The position numbers and the translations under genes are program-made. The notes under the pieces are model-generated. The model was not told where the DNA came from and did not search any database. It saw nothing but the letters and a program-made list of their open reading frames with translations. Below are positions 1-10,925 of a DNA stretch of 64,000 nt, piece by piece. The stretch's first letter is position 1. The number at the start of each line of letters is the position of its first letter. This DNA comes from Pelagomonas calceolata (lineage: Eukaryota): positions 2,542,001-2,606,000 of the forward strand of contig CAKKNE010000002.1 in assembly GCA_918797485.1 (NCBI GenBank), read 5' to 3'.

Positions 1-487
1 GCACGGAGCTCATCGAGGCGTGCTTCCCGGACGACGCCAAGCGGCGGGTCGTCCTCGACCTCGTCCGCGGCTACGAGGAATTGATGGTGCTATATCGAAA
101 ACGAGAAGATCTCACGGACGTCGAGATTGCCAAAGCCGACGACCTCGCCCAGGAGACCTACCATCGGCTACTGACGGCTTTCACGGCGAAGGCCCTCACG
201 AACTACTTCCACATGATCGGCTCGGGCCACATTACTGCTTATTTGCGAAAGTACCGGAACTTGTACCGCTACTCGAACCAGGGGCAGGCGCGAACCGCGA
301 TCTTGATCGCCGCTTCCTCACGCGGACGCAGCGCGGCGGCCACTGCGGCCACGAGGCGACGCGGGCGACGCGCGTCGCCGCGCTGGGCAAGTGGATGCAG
401 CGGCGGATGATGTGGCTCACAGGCCTGGTCAAGCCCGGCGAGCTCAAGGTCATCGGCTGGAAGCAGAAGCGCGTGATAGACTGGTAA
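1..487 (+). pseudogene. 3' end of the element's DDE transposase (frameshifted copy)
   Basis: Encodes LTNYFHMIGSGH...RYSNQG and RFLTRTQRGGHCG...KRVIDW* in different frames. The FESVN segment, intact in the other copy, is scrambled near 280-310. Confidence 0.85.
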
Positions 488-495
488 ATTGTGAC

Positions 496-2133
496 TTACT
501 CTTCGTAGGCTGCGACGAGTGCATGGACTTCAGACGTTGGACGCGTGAGCGTCGGCACGTCCGCGCCGGCGACCGGGTAGGCCTCCCTAAACTCGCACGA
601 CGCCGCCGTCGCCGCCGTGATAGTGTAAACGACGCCGTCGAGCTCAAACGTTTCATCTGCAACTCCGCGACGACCGTCGCGGACGCGCGTCTTCGACGGG
701 CGCGGACGGGCTCGACGGCCGTCTCCGGCGGTGGCAACGGCGACGGCGCCGTCAGATTCGTCACGTTCGTGGCACCGGCCTCGGCGGGCGACTTGACCTC
801 GAAGCGGGCGTTGAGCTTCAATTCGCCGGTGTCGACGTTGTAAGTGCACGCCACCCGCACGAGCTTTGCTGAACTCGTCCAGCGTCGTCGGCACCCTCGT
901 CTCCTTGAAGCCGCCTTTTAGGGGTACTCGTAGACCGCGTCGCCGCGCCAAGATCCGGAACTCGCTCTCCAGGCGCACCACGTCATCGCCGCTAAGCGAG
1001 GTCCGCCGCCCGGTAGAACTGGAGGCGCGTCACGTCGGCGCCGCCTGGCCGCCCGCGCGCCACGACGCGCTTCGCCGTGAACTTCTCGATCCACATGCCC
1101 GACGAGCGAGAGGTAGGCCCAGTACAACTTCGAAACACACGTCGTAACGGTACCGCTTCTTCTTTTTCCCGCGGAGGAGCTCGCCTGACGGCATCAGCAA
1201 CGGCGACGCGCACGTTTAACAAGTCCCACAAGCCGCCATCGTCGACGGCCTGTCGTCGATCAGCGACGCGACGCGCCTGGAAGCGGTCGCAGCGCCGGCG
1301 ACGTACCATCAAACCACTGGTCGAGGGTGTAGACTCGCGCGAGGCCGTCGTAGGCACCACTTCTGGCCTTGTCCTGCGACACGACCCACACAGGCCCCAC
1401 GACGGAGGTCACCGAGACCTCTCTAGAAGTCGACGAGAGGACGACATCGCAGGTGGACGCAGTCGACCTGTTGATGTGTTTGGGCAACGCGTCGATCTTG
1501 TAGAGCTCCAAGACCTCGATCCTGAGGACGATTTGGGGCTGCAGGAAGACGACCATGCTGCCGTCCTTGAGCAACAACAGCGAGTCGCCCGAGAAGATGG
1601 GTCCGACCTTCGGGGCGAAGAACGGCGTCGTCGTCGCGCGGCGAGGACGTCCGGCGCGCTCGGGAGCGCGCGCCACCGTGACGGCGGTCTCCTCCTTCTT
1701 CACGACGAAGCGGTTCCGAGCCCTGCGCGAACGGCTGGACCTGCACAGTGTCGCCGACGACGGCAATGGCGGTGCCCTCGACGCGCTCGTCGTCGCAGGC
1801 GACGACGACGCTGTCCAGGGACTGCGGGGCGCGGTTTGTTATGGTCTGAAGGACCCGCGGCCGCGCCGCGCCGTCGCCGCGCGCGCTTCTGGGACGACGA
1901 GGGCGCTTTCCCCCGCCGTCCGCGGCGCCTCTTCAGCCCCTGTTTCTTGGGGGCGGGGTCCGGGGACGGCGGCGGCGCGCGGCGCGACCGCGCGGCGCGG
2001 GGCAGCAGCTCGGTGGGCTTTACCCAGCCGCGCGAGCGCGCCTCATCCTCGACGTACTTCTGAAGGTGGCCTGGTCCGGCGCGAGGCCCTCCAGGTACTT
2101 CAGCCTGCCCGGGGGCAGCGTATTTGCGGCCAT
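496..2133 (-). pseudogene. Second ORF of the transposon (frameshifted copy)
   Basis: Same peptide blocks as 11438-13088 (PFFAPKVGPIFSGDS..., TYNVDTGELKLNARFEVKSP, ...ALVAAYEE*) spread over several frames. Confidence 0.75.
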
Positions 2134-2448
2134 CGTCCAGTTAACTGATACCAGCAAACGACCAGTCTCTACATCTAATAAAGTCAACCAAACAAAAAGT
2201 CAACTTTGTCAAATCCCACTAGTCGGCCGTAGTGTCTAGCGTACATCGACACTAGCACTATGGAGCTTGAGCAAAAAGCTGTCTGAAGCGCGGCTGCAGT
2301 GGAAGGACACGTTACAGCGACGGGCGTCAACGCCAGAGTGCATTCACAGCGGCGGCAAACGAAACCGGTACCAGCGGCACGATTACTTTTGAGTTGGGAG
2401 AGCTGCAACAGAGCACTCTTTCACAAGCATCAGCGAGAGCAGCAAGCG

Positions 2449-3597
2449 ATGGAAAGCCTCCCCGAAGAATGCGTCGTGCACGCCCTGGGTTTCCTGGAGC
2501 TCGAGGATGTCATTGATTTCACGCGCACGACGAAAGACGCGTCCGCGTTCGTGACAAAGCACGACAAGAGCCTCTTCGAGCCCGCGCTGGAGCGGCTTCA
2601 CGCTTGGCGCCAGGGCGTCGGGCGCCTTGAAAACGAAGGACCTCCCCTCCACGAGCGCCGCGTCCTGGCGATGGACAACGTACCCTGGCGGGACCGCTAC
2701 CTCCGCGAGCGCGCCGACCTGACCAGGACCGCGATCACGCGAGATGACCTCGTCGCCCATTCTTGGCGCCTGCGCTTCCGCGAGCCGGGCGGGGGCGTGC
2801 AGGTGCGGGAGGTGCCCCCGAAGGGCTGCCGTTTCCTCTCGGACGGCATGTTTCGGCTGGAGGGCTTCCCGCCGATGGAGTGGAGCGTGGCGGAGGACGG
2901 CGACGCGGTCGTCATCTCGAACTTTCCGCCCCACCGCGTACAGCGGCGCGCGCACTACGACCACGGCTGGACGCTCGAGAACAAGAACGTGATCCTGTGG
3001 TCGGTCGACGAGATGTCCCCGCACTGGGCGCGCATGAGCAGTCGCCACGCGGCCGCCGCCGCGAAATTGTCCGGCAACCGCCACGCGCGTGAAGCTCGAG
3101 AGTTGCTCACGCGGGGCGGCGTCTTCGAGCGCGCGGGGCGGCACGACCGGGCGCGCATCGCCTTCATGGACGCCCTCGCCCACGCGGGCGGGACGCTCGC
3201 CCACCTTCCGCTCGGCGCGACGGGCTACCTGCCAGAGGACCCGCTTGCCGAGGACTTCGAGCGCTACCAAACCGACCCCGGCGCCATGGTCGTCGAACTG
3301 CAAGAATGCTACCAGCTGGAGACGCTCTGGCACGAGCGCAACAATAGGTTGTACGCGCTACTCTCGCTCGCCCGCGCCGCGCTCGAGACGGGCGAGGCGC
3401 GCCAGGCGCTGGACGCGGCCCGACGTGCCGCAATGAACGTCCTCCACCAGGGCGACTTTCACGGACGCGCGGAGTGCATCCGGGACGTCGAAGACCTGCG
3501 CGCGCGCGCGCTCCTGGCGTTGTCCGAGGAGCAGTCGGCGCCTCGGCCGCGGAGCGAGAGCCTCCTCGCCCAGGGGCTGGAGGGCCTCGGCGTCTAG
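2449..3597 (+). CDS. F-box-like protein with C-terminal helical/TPR-like region
   Basis: Starts MESLPEECVVHALGFLELEDV (F-box pattern LPxExxxxxxxFL); long open frame with typical GC3-rich codons. Confidence 0.65.
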   Translation: MESLPEECVVHALGFLELEDVIDFTRTTKDASAFVTKHDKSLFEPALERLHAWRQGVGRLENEGPPLHERRVLAMDNVPWRDRYLRERADLTRTAITRDDLVAHSWRLRFREPGGGVQVREVPPKGCRFLSDGMFRLEGFPPMEWSVAEDGDAVVISNFPPHRVQRRAHYDHGWTLENKNVILWSVDEMSPHWARMSSRHAAAAAKLSGNRHAREARELLTRGGVFERAGRHDRARIAFMDALAHAGGTLAHLPLGATGYLPEDPLAEDFERYQTDPGAMVVELQECYQLETLWHERNNRLYALLSLARAALETGEARQALDAARRAAMNVLHQGDFHGRAECIRDVEDLRARALLALSEEQSAPRPRSESLLAQGLEGLGV

Positions 3598-3723
3598 TCT
3601 AACTGTGCATTTTTTACCAGCCCTGGGGTAGGTCGTGCGGATGCACACGTTCTTGTCGCGCGGTTTCAAATTGGGCTAGGCTTGTGCCCGGCAGTATGTA
3701 CAGCGACGTCGGGAAGGGGAGTT

Positions 3724-5499
3724 TTACGACCGGCGGCTCAGCCGCAGCGCGGCGATGAGGCCGCGGTTCGGATTGACGGCGCCCGTCGCGTCCTCGCGAC
3801 ACTTCGGGCATTGGATTGCGCCGTCGGCCTTGCGGAGCGCGGCGACGCACGTCCGGCAGATTTCGTGCGCGCCCGAGCACGGCAGGACCATGGGCGCGTG
3901 GACGCTCGTGTCGTAGAGCTCGCAGCAGACGACGCACTCGAGGTCCAAGTCGTTCTCCTCGGCCTCATCGAGGTCGAGGGCGTCGAGGGACAGGGGCGGG
4001 CTCGGCGTCGGCGACGCCCGCCGCGGCGGCGAGGTCTGGAGGAGCTGCGCGACGGCGTCGGCGTCGGGCTCGAACGCCTCGAACGCGCGCATCGCCTCCT
4101 CCGCCGCGGAGACGTCCTTCGTTTCTTGCCAGGCGTTTGTGGTCTCGATGGACCGCGGCGATGGCGACGGCGCGGTCGCCACGGCGGACCACTCTTGCGC
4201 CGGGAGCGGCGCGCGCGCCGGCGGCGGCGGCATGAGCAACGGCGACGGCGGTAGATCTTGCGCGGCGGGCGCCGGCGCGCGCGGCGGCGGCGGTGGATCT
4301 TGCGCGGCGGGCGCCGGCGCGCGCGGCGGCGACGGCGGGGCGGCGCGCGCCGGCGGCGGCGGCATCGCGGGCCAGTCTTGCGGCGCGGGCGCCGGCGCCG
4401 CGGCCACGAACTCCGGCGGCGGGCGCGGCACGGCCGCGGCCGTCTCCTTTGCCAGCTGCGCCTGGACGGCGAGGCGCGCGCGGCGGCTCGCCGCGAGCGC
4501 GTCGGCCGCGAGGACCGACGGCGTCACCGAGGCGCACGCCAGCAGGTCCGGCGTCACCACCTCGATCACCGAGGCCTCCGTGCCGCGCTCTTGCCCGGGC
4601 GGCGGCGTGCCCGCGCGGACGCGCAGGCCGTGGCCCGCGCCGCGGCCGCGCACCGCGACCTTGAGCGCGAGCGACGGCGAGAGCCCGATGGCCTTGACGG
4701 ACGCCGCGTGGCGCGGGTGCGCGTCGAGGAACACCTCGGCCGATGATATGTCCAGGGACGGCTTGTCGCCCGCCGCGAGCCACGTCGCGAGGTCCGCCAG
4801 GAGGCTGTCCTGCGCGGCCGGGGCCCACTCCGTGTGCTCCCAGGGCGTGTCGTCATCCTCGTCCTCGACGTTGACGCCCTCGAAGCGCACGTCAATGGCC
4901 TTCGTGCGCTTGCGGTACTCCGTAAGGGCGAAGGACACGCGGTCGCCGCGGCGCGGCTCGAAGTCCACATCTACCAAATGCATGAAGACGTCCTCGGCGC
5001 CGGTCGTGTCGCGCCGGATGAAGCCGTAGGTCTGGCGGAGGAAGTGGATGAAGCCCGTGAAGCGCTCGCCCGTCGAGCCGTTCTGCGACGTGAGCTGGCG
5101 CCGGCGCCGGCCGCCGATCTTCGGCGCGGGCAGCCGCTCGGCGCGGCTCCGCCGGAGCTGGCGCAGGTACGCCGGCGTCTCGCCCGGCGGCACGGGCGAA
5201 GAGGGCGTGATGATCGGCGTTAATGTTATGGGCGTCCGCGGGCTCAGGTAGCCCGTCGCCGTCGACAGCGAGCCGGGCGACTCGTCGCCGTCGCCGATCT
5301 GGTACTCGTAGAACGACAGGCCCGAGTCCTGCCGCCCGTAGGAGTCCGCGCGCGTGTAGGAGTCCGCGCGTAAATAATTTCGGTTGCGCAGCGCCTGGAC
5401 CTGTTCTGCGGTGAGGCTTGCGGCTGCCGCGTCGCCAGGAAACGCCGGCGGGACGGGCGGGAGCTCGCCGGGCTGGTAGGGTTGCGACGAGGGGTTCAT
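3724..5499 (-). CDS. Cold-shock (OB-fold) domain + Pro/Ala-rich linker + C-terminal RING finger protein
   Basis: FTGFIHFLRQTYGFIRR...EDVFMHLVDV (CSD RNP1/RNP2-like) and CVVC...LPCSGAHEICRTC...CPKCRE (RING-HC). Confidence 0.75.
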   Translation of the reverse strand: MNPSSQPYQPGELPPVPPAFPGDAAAASLTAEQVQALRNRNYLRADSYTRADSYGRQDSGLSFYEYQIGDGDESPGSLSTATGYLSPRTPITLTPIITPSSPVPPGETPAYLRQLRRSRAERLPAPKIGGRRRRQLTSQNGSTGERFTGFIHFLRQTYGFIRRDTTGAEDVFMHLVDVDFEPRRGDRVSFALTEYRKRTKAIDVRFEGVNVEDEDDDTPWEHTEWAPAAQDSLLADLATWLAAGDKPSLDISSAEVFLDAHPRHAASVKAIGLSPSLALKVAVRGRGAGHGLRVRAGTPPPGQERGTEASVIEVVTPDLLACASVTPSVLAADALAASRRARLAVQAQLAKETAAAVPRPPPEFVAAAPAPAPQDWPAMPPPPARAAPPSPPRAPAPAAQDPPPPPRAPAPAAQDLPPSPLLMPPPPARAPLPAQEWSAVATAPSPSPRSIETTNAWQETKDVSAAEEAMRAFEAFEPDADAVAQLLQTSPPRRASPTPSPPLSLDALDLDEAEENDLDLECVVCCELYDTSVHAPMVLPCSGAHEICRTCVAALRKADGAIQCPKCREDATGAVNPNRGLIAALRLSRRS

Positions 5500-6065
5500 C
5501 GCAAGTGCTTGGGCGCTGATTTTTATCTTGGGCGGCGCCGCGGGGGCTCGGAGAGCCTTGGTCAGCTTTTCTCAGGTGTTGGATTTGGGCCACGGCGTGA
5601 AGTTTCGTAGCTTACGAGGCCCCCACCGTCTGTAGTAGTATCTGTGAGGCCTTGGCGCCGCCGATGGTGGGGATGCGCGTGCGCGAGCTCGACCAAATGG
5701 GCTGAGTGAAAGCAATTCCCATGAAATCGGCAAGCAAGTCCGTGACGCGTCTGAACTGCCGAGAGGGAGAGAGAGAAGTCGCTGGGTTGCTCTGATCAGC
5801 ACGAAAAATCGACCGCCGCGCCGCCGCGCGCGCCGCGCATCTCGCCGCGCAAGTTAAGGGGCAAACCCATGGAAGAAGGGTCGCCACTCGCCTGAATTTA
5901 CTCCGGCGGGACCACAAGGATCAACGCACGATACCAGCCGGAGCCTGGTCACAACATAGTAGGCTGTCGCTGCTCAGCTGGTGATGTTGGAGGCGACTGC
6001 CGCGCGCAGGCTCAATTCTACCCAACGCGGAGGCCGTGGTGCACGCTACCACGCGGAGGCGCAGC

Positions 6066-7296
6066 ATGGCACCGCACGCACAGGCTGCCCGCGGCGCCGC
6101 CCTCTACGCGCCGTGTGAGGACGAGCTCAACACTTGGCCGAGAGGCCGTCCGGCAGACGGCAGCGACGACGATTACGGATTGAAGGCCGACGGCGCTTTA
6201 TCGCAAAAAGCAGCCGAGCTCCTCGACGCGTGCGACGCGGAACCGGACGGCGACCGCCGCTTGGCCCTCGCGCGGCGCGCGTACGCCGCGGCCCCAACGG
6301 CCAAGAACGCGCGGCGCGCCTACGCCCTCGCGCTCGCGACGTCTAAAAGGTGGGGCCTCCTCGCCGACCTTTTAGAAAAGTGGGACATCTCCACAACGTT
6401 CGGCGACGGCGACGTCGCGTCGCGCGCCGCGGCGTGCGGCCTGCGCTTCGCGTCGCGCTACGGCGCCGCGGAGCTCGCCGCGCCCGCCGACGTGGCCCTG
6501 GGCGCGGCGCAGGCGGCCGCGAAGCGCGCTGGCGACGCTTTTTTTGCGGTCGGCCACTTCGCCGAGGCGGCCGAGGCGTACGGCCGCGGCGTCGGCGTCG
6601 CCGCACACCCGACGCTCTCCTGCGACCGCGCCGCCGCGCTCGTCGCCGCGGGCGACTTTCAAGGCGCGCTGGCGTCCTTCGACGCGGCCGTGGACGCGAA
6701 CCCGTCATGCTGGCGGTGCCGCTGGGCGCGGGCGCGGTGCGCGGGCGCCGTCGCGGTTCTTTTCGGCGTCCTGATCCATGCGAAGGCGCCAACCGATCGA
6801 CGACCGTACGCAGGCGCAAGGCCTCGCCCTCGACGATAACGACGACGACGAGCGCCGCGTCGAGACCGCGCGCGCGCGCGCCGAGGCCGCGGGCAAGGTC
6901 GCGTTGGAGGACCTCGCGCGGCTCCGGGGCGTCGACTTTTTCGCCGCCGTCGCGGCGTTACGCGCGGCCGCGACGGCCTCCGTCGCCGCGCTCCAAAAGC
7001 GGCGGCGCTCGGCGCAAACGCGCGCGCGGGCGCGTCGCCGGGAGGCGCGCACGACCTACGCTCGGACGGCGCCCGCCCGGACCGTCCGGTCGCACTACGA
7101 CGTCCTCGGAATTTCGAGAGACGCCGGCGCCGCCGCGGTGCGCCGGGCCTACCGGAAAAAGGCCCTAGCGACGCACCCGGACAAGACCAACGGCGAGTCC
7201 GAGGCCTTCCTCGCCGTCGGCGAGGCGTTCCGCGTCCTTTCCGACCGGGGCCTCCGGGAGGCGTACGACGCGGAGCTCGACCTTCTTTTGTCGTAA
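6066..7296 (+). CDS. TPR + DnaJ domain co-chaperone; one intron ending at 6813 (donor 6732 GC or 6750/6756 GT)
   Basis: TPR-like AKRAGDAFFAVGHFAEAAEAYGRG...DRAAALVAAGDFQGALASFDAAVDANP in the first frame; J-domain SHYDVLGI...RRAYRKKALATHPDK...REAYD in the second frame after ...cgcag. Confidence 0.75.
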
Positions 7297-7446
7297 CTGT
7301 GCTACGTATAGTGCCAACACTCGGGGCGACGGCGTATGAGGTTCGGGGGCCGGGCGTACGAGGCCTCGTCGGCTTCCGCTGCTAGGTGGCATAGCTCTTA
7401 GCAAAGCAAATCAGGCATCGAGGACGGAAGGACTGACACAAAACTT

Positions 7447-8034
7447 TCAAGTTACCGCGAGCGCCTCCATCGCTTGGGCGAGCTCCTTTTCCAGCTCGCC
7501 CCGGCGCGCGAGCTTCTCAGCCTGCTGCGCGTTGGGCTCGAGTCCCGCGGCGACGCGCGTCTCCAGCTCCGACACGGCCTTGAGCTTCTTCGTGAGGCCC
7601 TTGGCGCGCCGCCGCAGCTCGTCGCCGGCGTCCGCCGCGGGCGCCGGCGCCTCGGCCGCTTCCGCTGTCTCGGCGACGGGCGCGAGCGGCGCGGCCTCGC
7701 GTGCCCGCCGGCGCGCGGCGGCGCGACGCGCTGAGCGGCTCCCGGCCGGCGCCTCGCGCTTGAACAGCGGCGGCGGCAGCGGCGGGCCGGCGGCTGCTCC
7801 TGGCGGGTTCGCGGGCCGCCGCGCGCGCACCGCGTACTTCTTCACCTCGTCCTGCGGCACGAAGGACCGCCAGCTGCCGTCGGGCCGCTGCTCGGCGCGC
7901 ACTCTTAAATCTTTCCGTCGCGTGCCGTCCGGCCGCAGCGAGCCGGGGACGACCACGGACTTGTCGGCGTAGACGTCGCGGCCGTCCTGGTCCTTGCCCA
8001 CGATTTCTTGTGTTTTTGCTGTCATGGCGCTCAT
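7447..8034 (-). CDS. PYM1: Partner of Y14 and Mago (PYM/WIBG family)
   Basis: N-terminal SLRPDGTRRKDLRVR...FVPQDEV..Y and C-terminal LTKKLKAVSELE...NAQQAEKLARRGELEKEL. Confidence 0.8.
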   Translation of the reverse strand: MSAMTAKTQEIVGKDQDGRDVYADKSVVVPGSLRPDGTRRKDLRVRAEQRPDGSWRSFVPQDEVKKYAVRARRPANPPGAAAGPPLPPPLFKREAPAGSRSARRAAARRRAREAAPLAPVAETAEAAEAPAPAADAGDELRRRAKGLTKKLKAVSELETRVAAGLEPNAQQAEKLARRGELEKELAQAMEALAVT

Positions 8035-8284
8035 AATGCTCTCCCTGTTTATTTGCTGCAGAGCTCTGTAATACGTGCGTCACTTGGGCGCAGCTCGTTG
8101 TGCCTTGTGTGGCGAGTCTGTTGCAGATTCCACGCCTACTCAGGCACGAGAGGCGAGCAGTTCAGCGCATCCCATCTCATGAGCTGCTTGCTCTAGAGTG
8201 TCTTACCTGTACAGGCCGCTAGCACGAGCCGTGCGCTCAACATAACAGTCGACACGGGATTTCGCCAATATTAATACATTAAGA

Positions 8285-9046
8285 TTACTCACCGCCCATC
8301 GCCTTCGCCGCGTGCCCCGCGCCCCGCCGCCGCAGGCCGAGCCGCCGGTTCCGCAGCTGCACGAGGGGCGAGTACTCGCCGCGCTTCTCGTCGGAGACGT
8401 AGTAGCGCATCAAGCGCGGCGGCGGCCGCGCGCGCCGCGGCATTTGTTCAAATTTGTGCGGCTTCAGCAACGCCCGCAGCGCGAGGCGGTTGTAGTGCGC
8501 GCAGGTCACGGTGCCGCCCGCGTCCTCCACGGCTTTGATCGCCGACGCCGACGCGCGCGACACCTCGATGTGCACTGATGACGTGATCTCGCCCTCGCCC
8601 AACAACTTGACGCCGGCCGTGCTCCCCTTGAGGTTCACGAGGCCGCTCGTGTTCAGGTCGCGCATCGTCAGCATCTCTGTGTCAGAGGGCTCCAGCCTTC
8701 CATTCTCGATCCACTTCTGCAAACTCCCCACGTTCACGACGTCAAAGGCCTCTCTTCTAGACGTGAAGCCGACCTTCGGCAGGGCTTTGTGCAGTGGCGT
8801 CTGCCCGCCCGCGAACCCGGGCCGCACGGAGCCGCCCTGTCGCGCCTTCGTCCCCTTGTGGCCGCGGCCCGCCGTCTTGCCCTTGCCACTACCAATACCG
8901 CGGCCCACCCGGATCTTGGGGCGCTTGTTGGAGCCGGGGTTTGGTGCGAGGTCGTTGAGCGCCATCGGCGGCTCCGCCGACGAGAGCGCGCGAGCTGGTC
9001 GCGTCCGCAGCGCTGCGGCGCGTCCGGCGCGGGCGAATAGGTGCAT
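8285..9046 (-). CDS. MRPL15: Mitochondrial ribosomal protein uL15m
   Basis: RVGRGIGSGKGKTAGRGHKGTKARQGG...GFAGGQTPL, GVKLLGEG, ASASAIKAVEDAGG; Arg/Ala-rich N-terminal presequence. Confidence 0.9.
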   Translation of the reverse strand: MHLFARAGRAAALRTRPARALSSAEPPMALNDLAPNPGSNKRPKIRVGRGIGSGKGKTAGRGHKGTKARQGGSVRPGFAGGQTPLHKALPKVGFTSRREAFDVVNVGSLQKWIENGRLEPSDTEMLTMRDLNTSGLVNLKGSTAGVKLLGEGEITSSVHIEVSRASASAIKAVEDAGGTVTCAHYNRLALRALLKPHKFEQMPRRARPPPRLMRYYVSDEKRGEYSPLVQLRNRRLGLRRRGAGHAAKAMGGE

Positions 9047-9442
9047 GGTTTCTGCGGTCGCGTCGACGACGTAAGCGGCGGCGAGAGCAGCGCAGCGATT
9101 GTGCAAGGGCAGTGGAGCGGCCTAGGCGCAAATCACAGCTCACAGACCTCAACGTAGGCGTTGCGAGATGATAATCAGCAACCCTAGACTCGCAGAGAGG
9201 GGCTTATCGTGCTGCACGACCAGGTTTTGGGTGCGGCTGGGCTTGCTAGTGTCTTACAGGACGCTAGCTCCACTCTGTCGATCGCGGCAGTCGCTAGCCC
9301 GTCCGTCTGGCTGGTAAAACGAGCCCGCGGATACGTGCATTAGTCCTCTATACGTGTAACAAAACGACAAAGCATCAAACGCTGCGCTAGTCGTGTAGCT
9401 CTCACAGCGAGTCAGCACCTGCCCACAGCGAAGCGCAAAGCG

Positions 9443-10240
9443 ATGCTCCGCACCGCGCTGAACGCCCCGCGAAGGCTGGCCCGGCGCCTGCGCTTCTTCG
9501 CCGACGACGCCGACCCGACGGAACTGCCACAAAAACCGCCGCCCGTGTGCGTGCCCCGCGCGGCGCGGCGCGCGTACGCGGACAAGCTCGCCGAGCAGCG
9601 GCGCGGCTGGGTCGCCGCCGTCGAGCGCGAGCGGGCAGAGAAGCGAGCCGAGGAGACGGCCGCGCGCGAGCGCCGCGAGGCGGCGCGGCGCGACAAGAAG
9701 GCCGCGCGCGAGGCCCGGGCCGCGGCCGCGCGCGAGCGGCGCGAGGCCGAGAAGGCCGAGGCGTCCGTGAGGCGGCGCGACCGCATCGGGCGGGCGAGCG
9801 CGGCCCTCGACGGCCAGCGGGCCGAGCGCATCGAACGGCAGGAGCGCCTCGTCGACGCCCTCGAGGACGAGGCGAAACATTGGCTCGTGGACGACGCGAC
9901 GATCGACGCGAAGATCACGCCCGAACTTTTCTCGGGGCCGCCGGCGTCGACGGGCCTCGTGACGCGCGAGTCGCACGCGTGGTGGCGCTACGCTGCCCAG
10001 GTAGACGGCCGGCCCGACCTCTCCGCCGAGGACGAGCTCTTGCTGAATCGGGATGAGGAGGCGACGCGCGTCGCGACGACGACGGAGCGGCTCATTTGGA
10101 CGCAGGCCGCGCACCCGCGCGAGTTCCACCGCGTTTTAGATGATGGCGCGGCCATCGCGGAGGCCATCGCCGACCTGGACGTGCAGCACCTCAAGCCGCG
10201 AGTCTTCCGGCCGCGGGGGCCGCCCCCTTCTAAAAGTTAG
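9443..10240 (+). CDS. Coiled-coil protein with mitochondrial-type presequence (possibly mS26-like)
   Basis: MLRTALNAPRRLARRLRFF presequence, long E/R/A helix, LEDEAKHWL...IDAKI. The family assignment is weak. Confidence 0.5.
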   Translation: MLRTALNAPRRLARRLRFFADDADPTELPQKPPPVCVPRAARRAYADKLAEQRRGWVAAVERERAEKRAEETAARERREAARRDKKAAREARAAAARERREAEKAEASVRRRDRIGRASAALDGQRAERIERQERLVDALEDEAKHWLVDDATIDAKITPELFSGPPASTGLVTRESHAWWRYAAQVDGRPDLSAEDELLLNRDEEATRVATTTERLIWTQAAHPREFHRVLDDGAAIAEAIADLDVQHLKPRVFRPRGPPPSKS

Positions 10241-10274
10241 GTAGGTTTCTTTCTAGTTTCTTCTCTTCAACAAC

Positions 10275-10871
10275 TTACTGGACGTACGACTGCGCCCGGC
10301 AGAGCGGGCATAGCACGGCGGTGCCACGGCCGCGCGTCCGTCGGCTCGACGCCGCTGCTGCGAGCTCCTGCATGCAGGCGGCGTGGAACTGATGGCCGCA
10401 TGCGAGCGCCGGCGCGTCGTCGAGGTCCTCCAGGCAGATCGGGCACCTTCTGGTAGGCTCGGCCGTAGGCCGCAAAGTGGCTTGGGCCAGGGCTAGTTGA
10501 CGAGCTTGACGAGCTTGACGATCTATTTTCTTATAGCGGCACTTACATCGCAAGCTCTTGACAACATTCTTGCAGCTAAGGCTGCAGTAGTAATCCGTCA
10601 GACCCTCTCTCTTCAAAGAGGCGCTCACTTGCAAGAGGAAGGCCCTCTTCTGTGATTGGTCCGTCGTCAGCTCATTATTATTATTGCAGTCATCCAACGA
10701 TGCAAGTGAATTCTCTAGCATCTCACCCTTCACCAAGACAACGCCCGCGAAAAAAAACGCGCAGTTATTCATTTTATCTCGGCAACACGCGAGGTACGCT
10801 ACTTTCTTGAAGAAAAAAAAAGGAGCTTCATTTGATGAAAAGCCCCCGCAGTTGCGCCGCACCAAACTCAT
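10275..10871 (-). CDS. RING finger-containing ORF or terminal exon (5' part uncertain, AT-rich)
   Basis: CPICLEDLDDAPALACGHQFHAAC...CPLCR at the 3' end; the upstream ~400 bp has atypical composition. Confidence 0.45.
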   Translation of the reverse strand: MSLVRRNCGGFSSNEAPFFFFKKVAYLACCRDKMNNCAFFFAGVVLVKGEMLENSLASLDDCNNNNELTTDQSQKRAFLLQVSASLKREGLTDYYCSLSCKNVVKSLRCKCRYKKIDRQARQARQLALAQATLRPTAEPTRRCPICLEDLDDAPALACGHQFHAACMQELAAAASSRRTRGRGTAVLCPLCRAQSYVQ

Positions 10872-10925
10872 GGTCTACACAGCAGAGGGCCTTCCAGGCG
10901 CACCGCAGCTCCACATTTTCATAGC

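Larger units (their letters stand above)
1..2234 (+). mobile_element. Partial copy (cut by window start) of the CACTACG-ended DNA transposon, inverted relative to the 11337-16630 copy
   Basis: 1-2234 is the near-identical reverse complement of ~11337-13585, with scattered indels. Homology stops exactly at ...GGCCGTAGTG (2234), the reverse complement of the CACTACGGCC terminus. Confidence 0.93.

Noticed and set aside
2235..2250. Similarity between the flanks of the two element copies (TACGCTAGA vs TACGCTGGA)
   Set aside because: Short, offset by several bases and compatible with chance.
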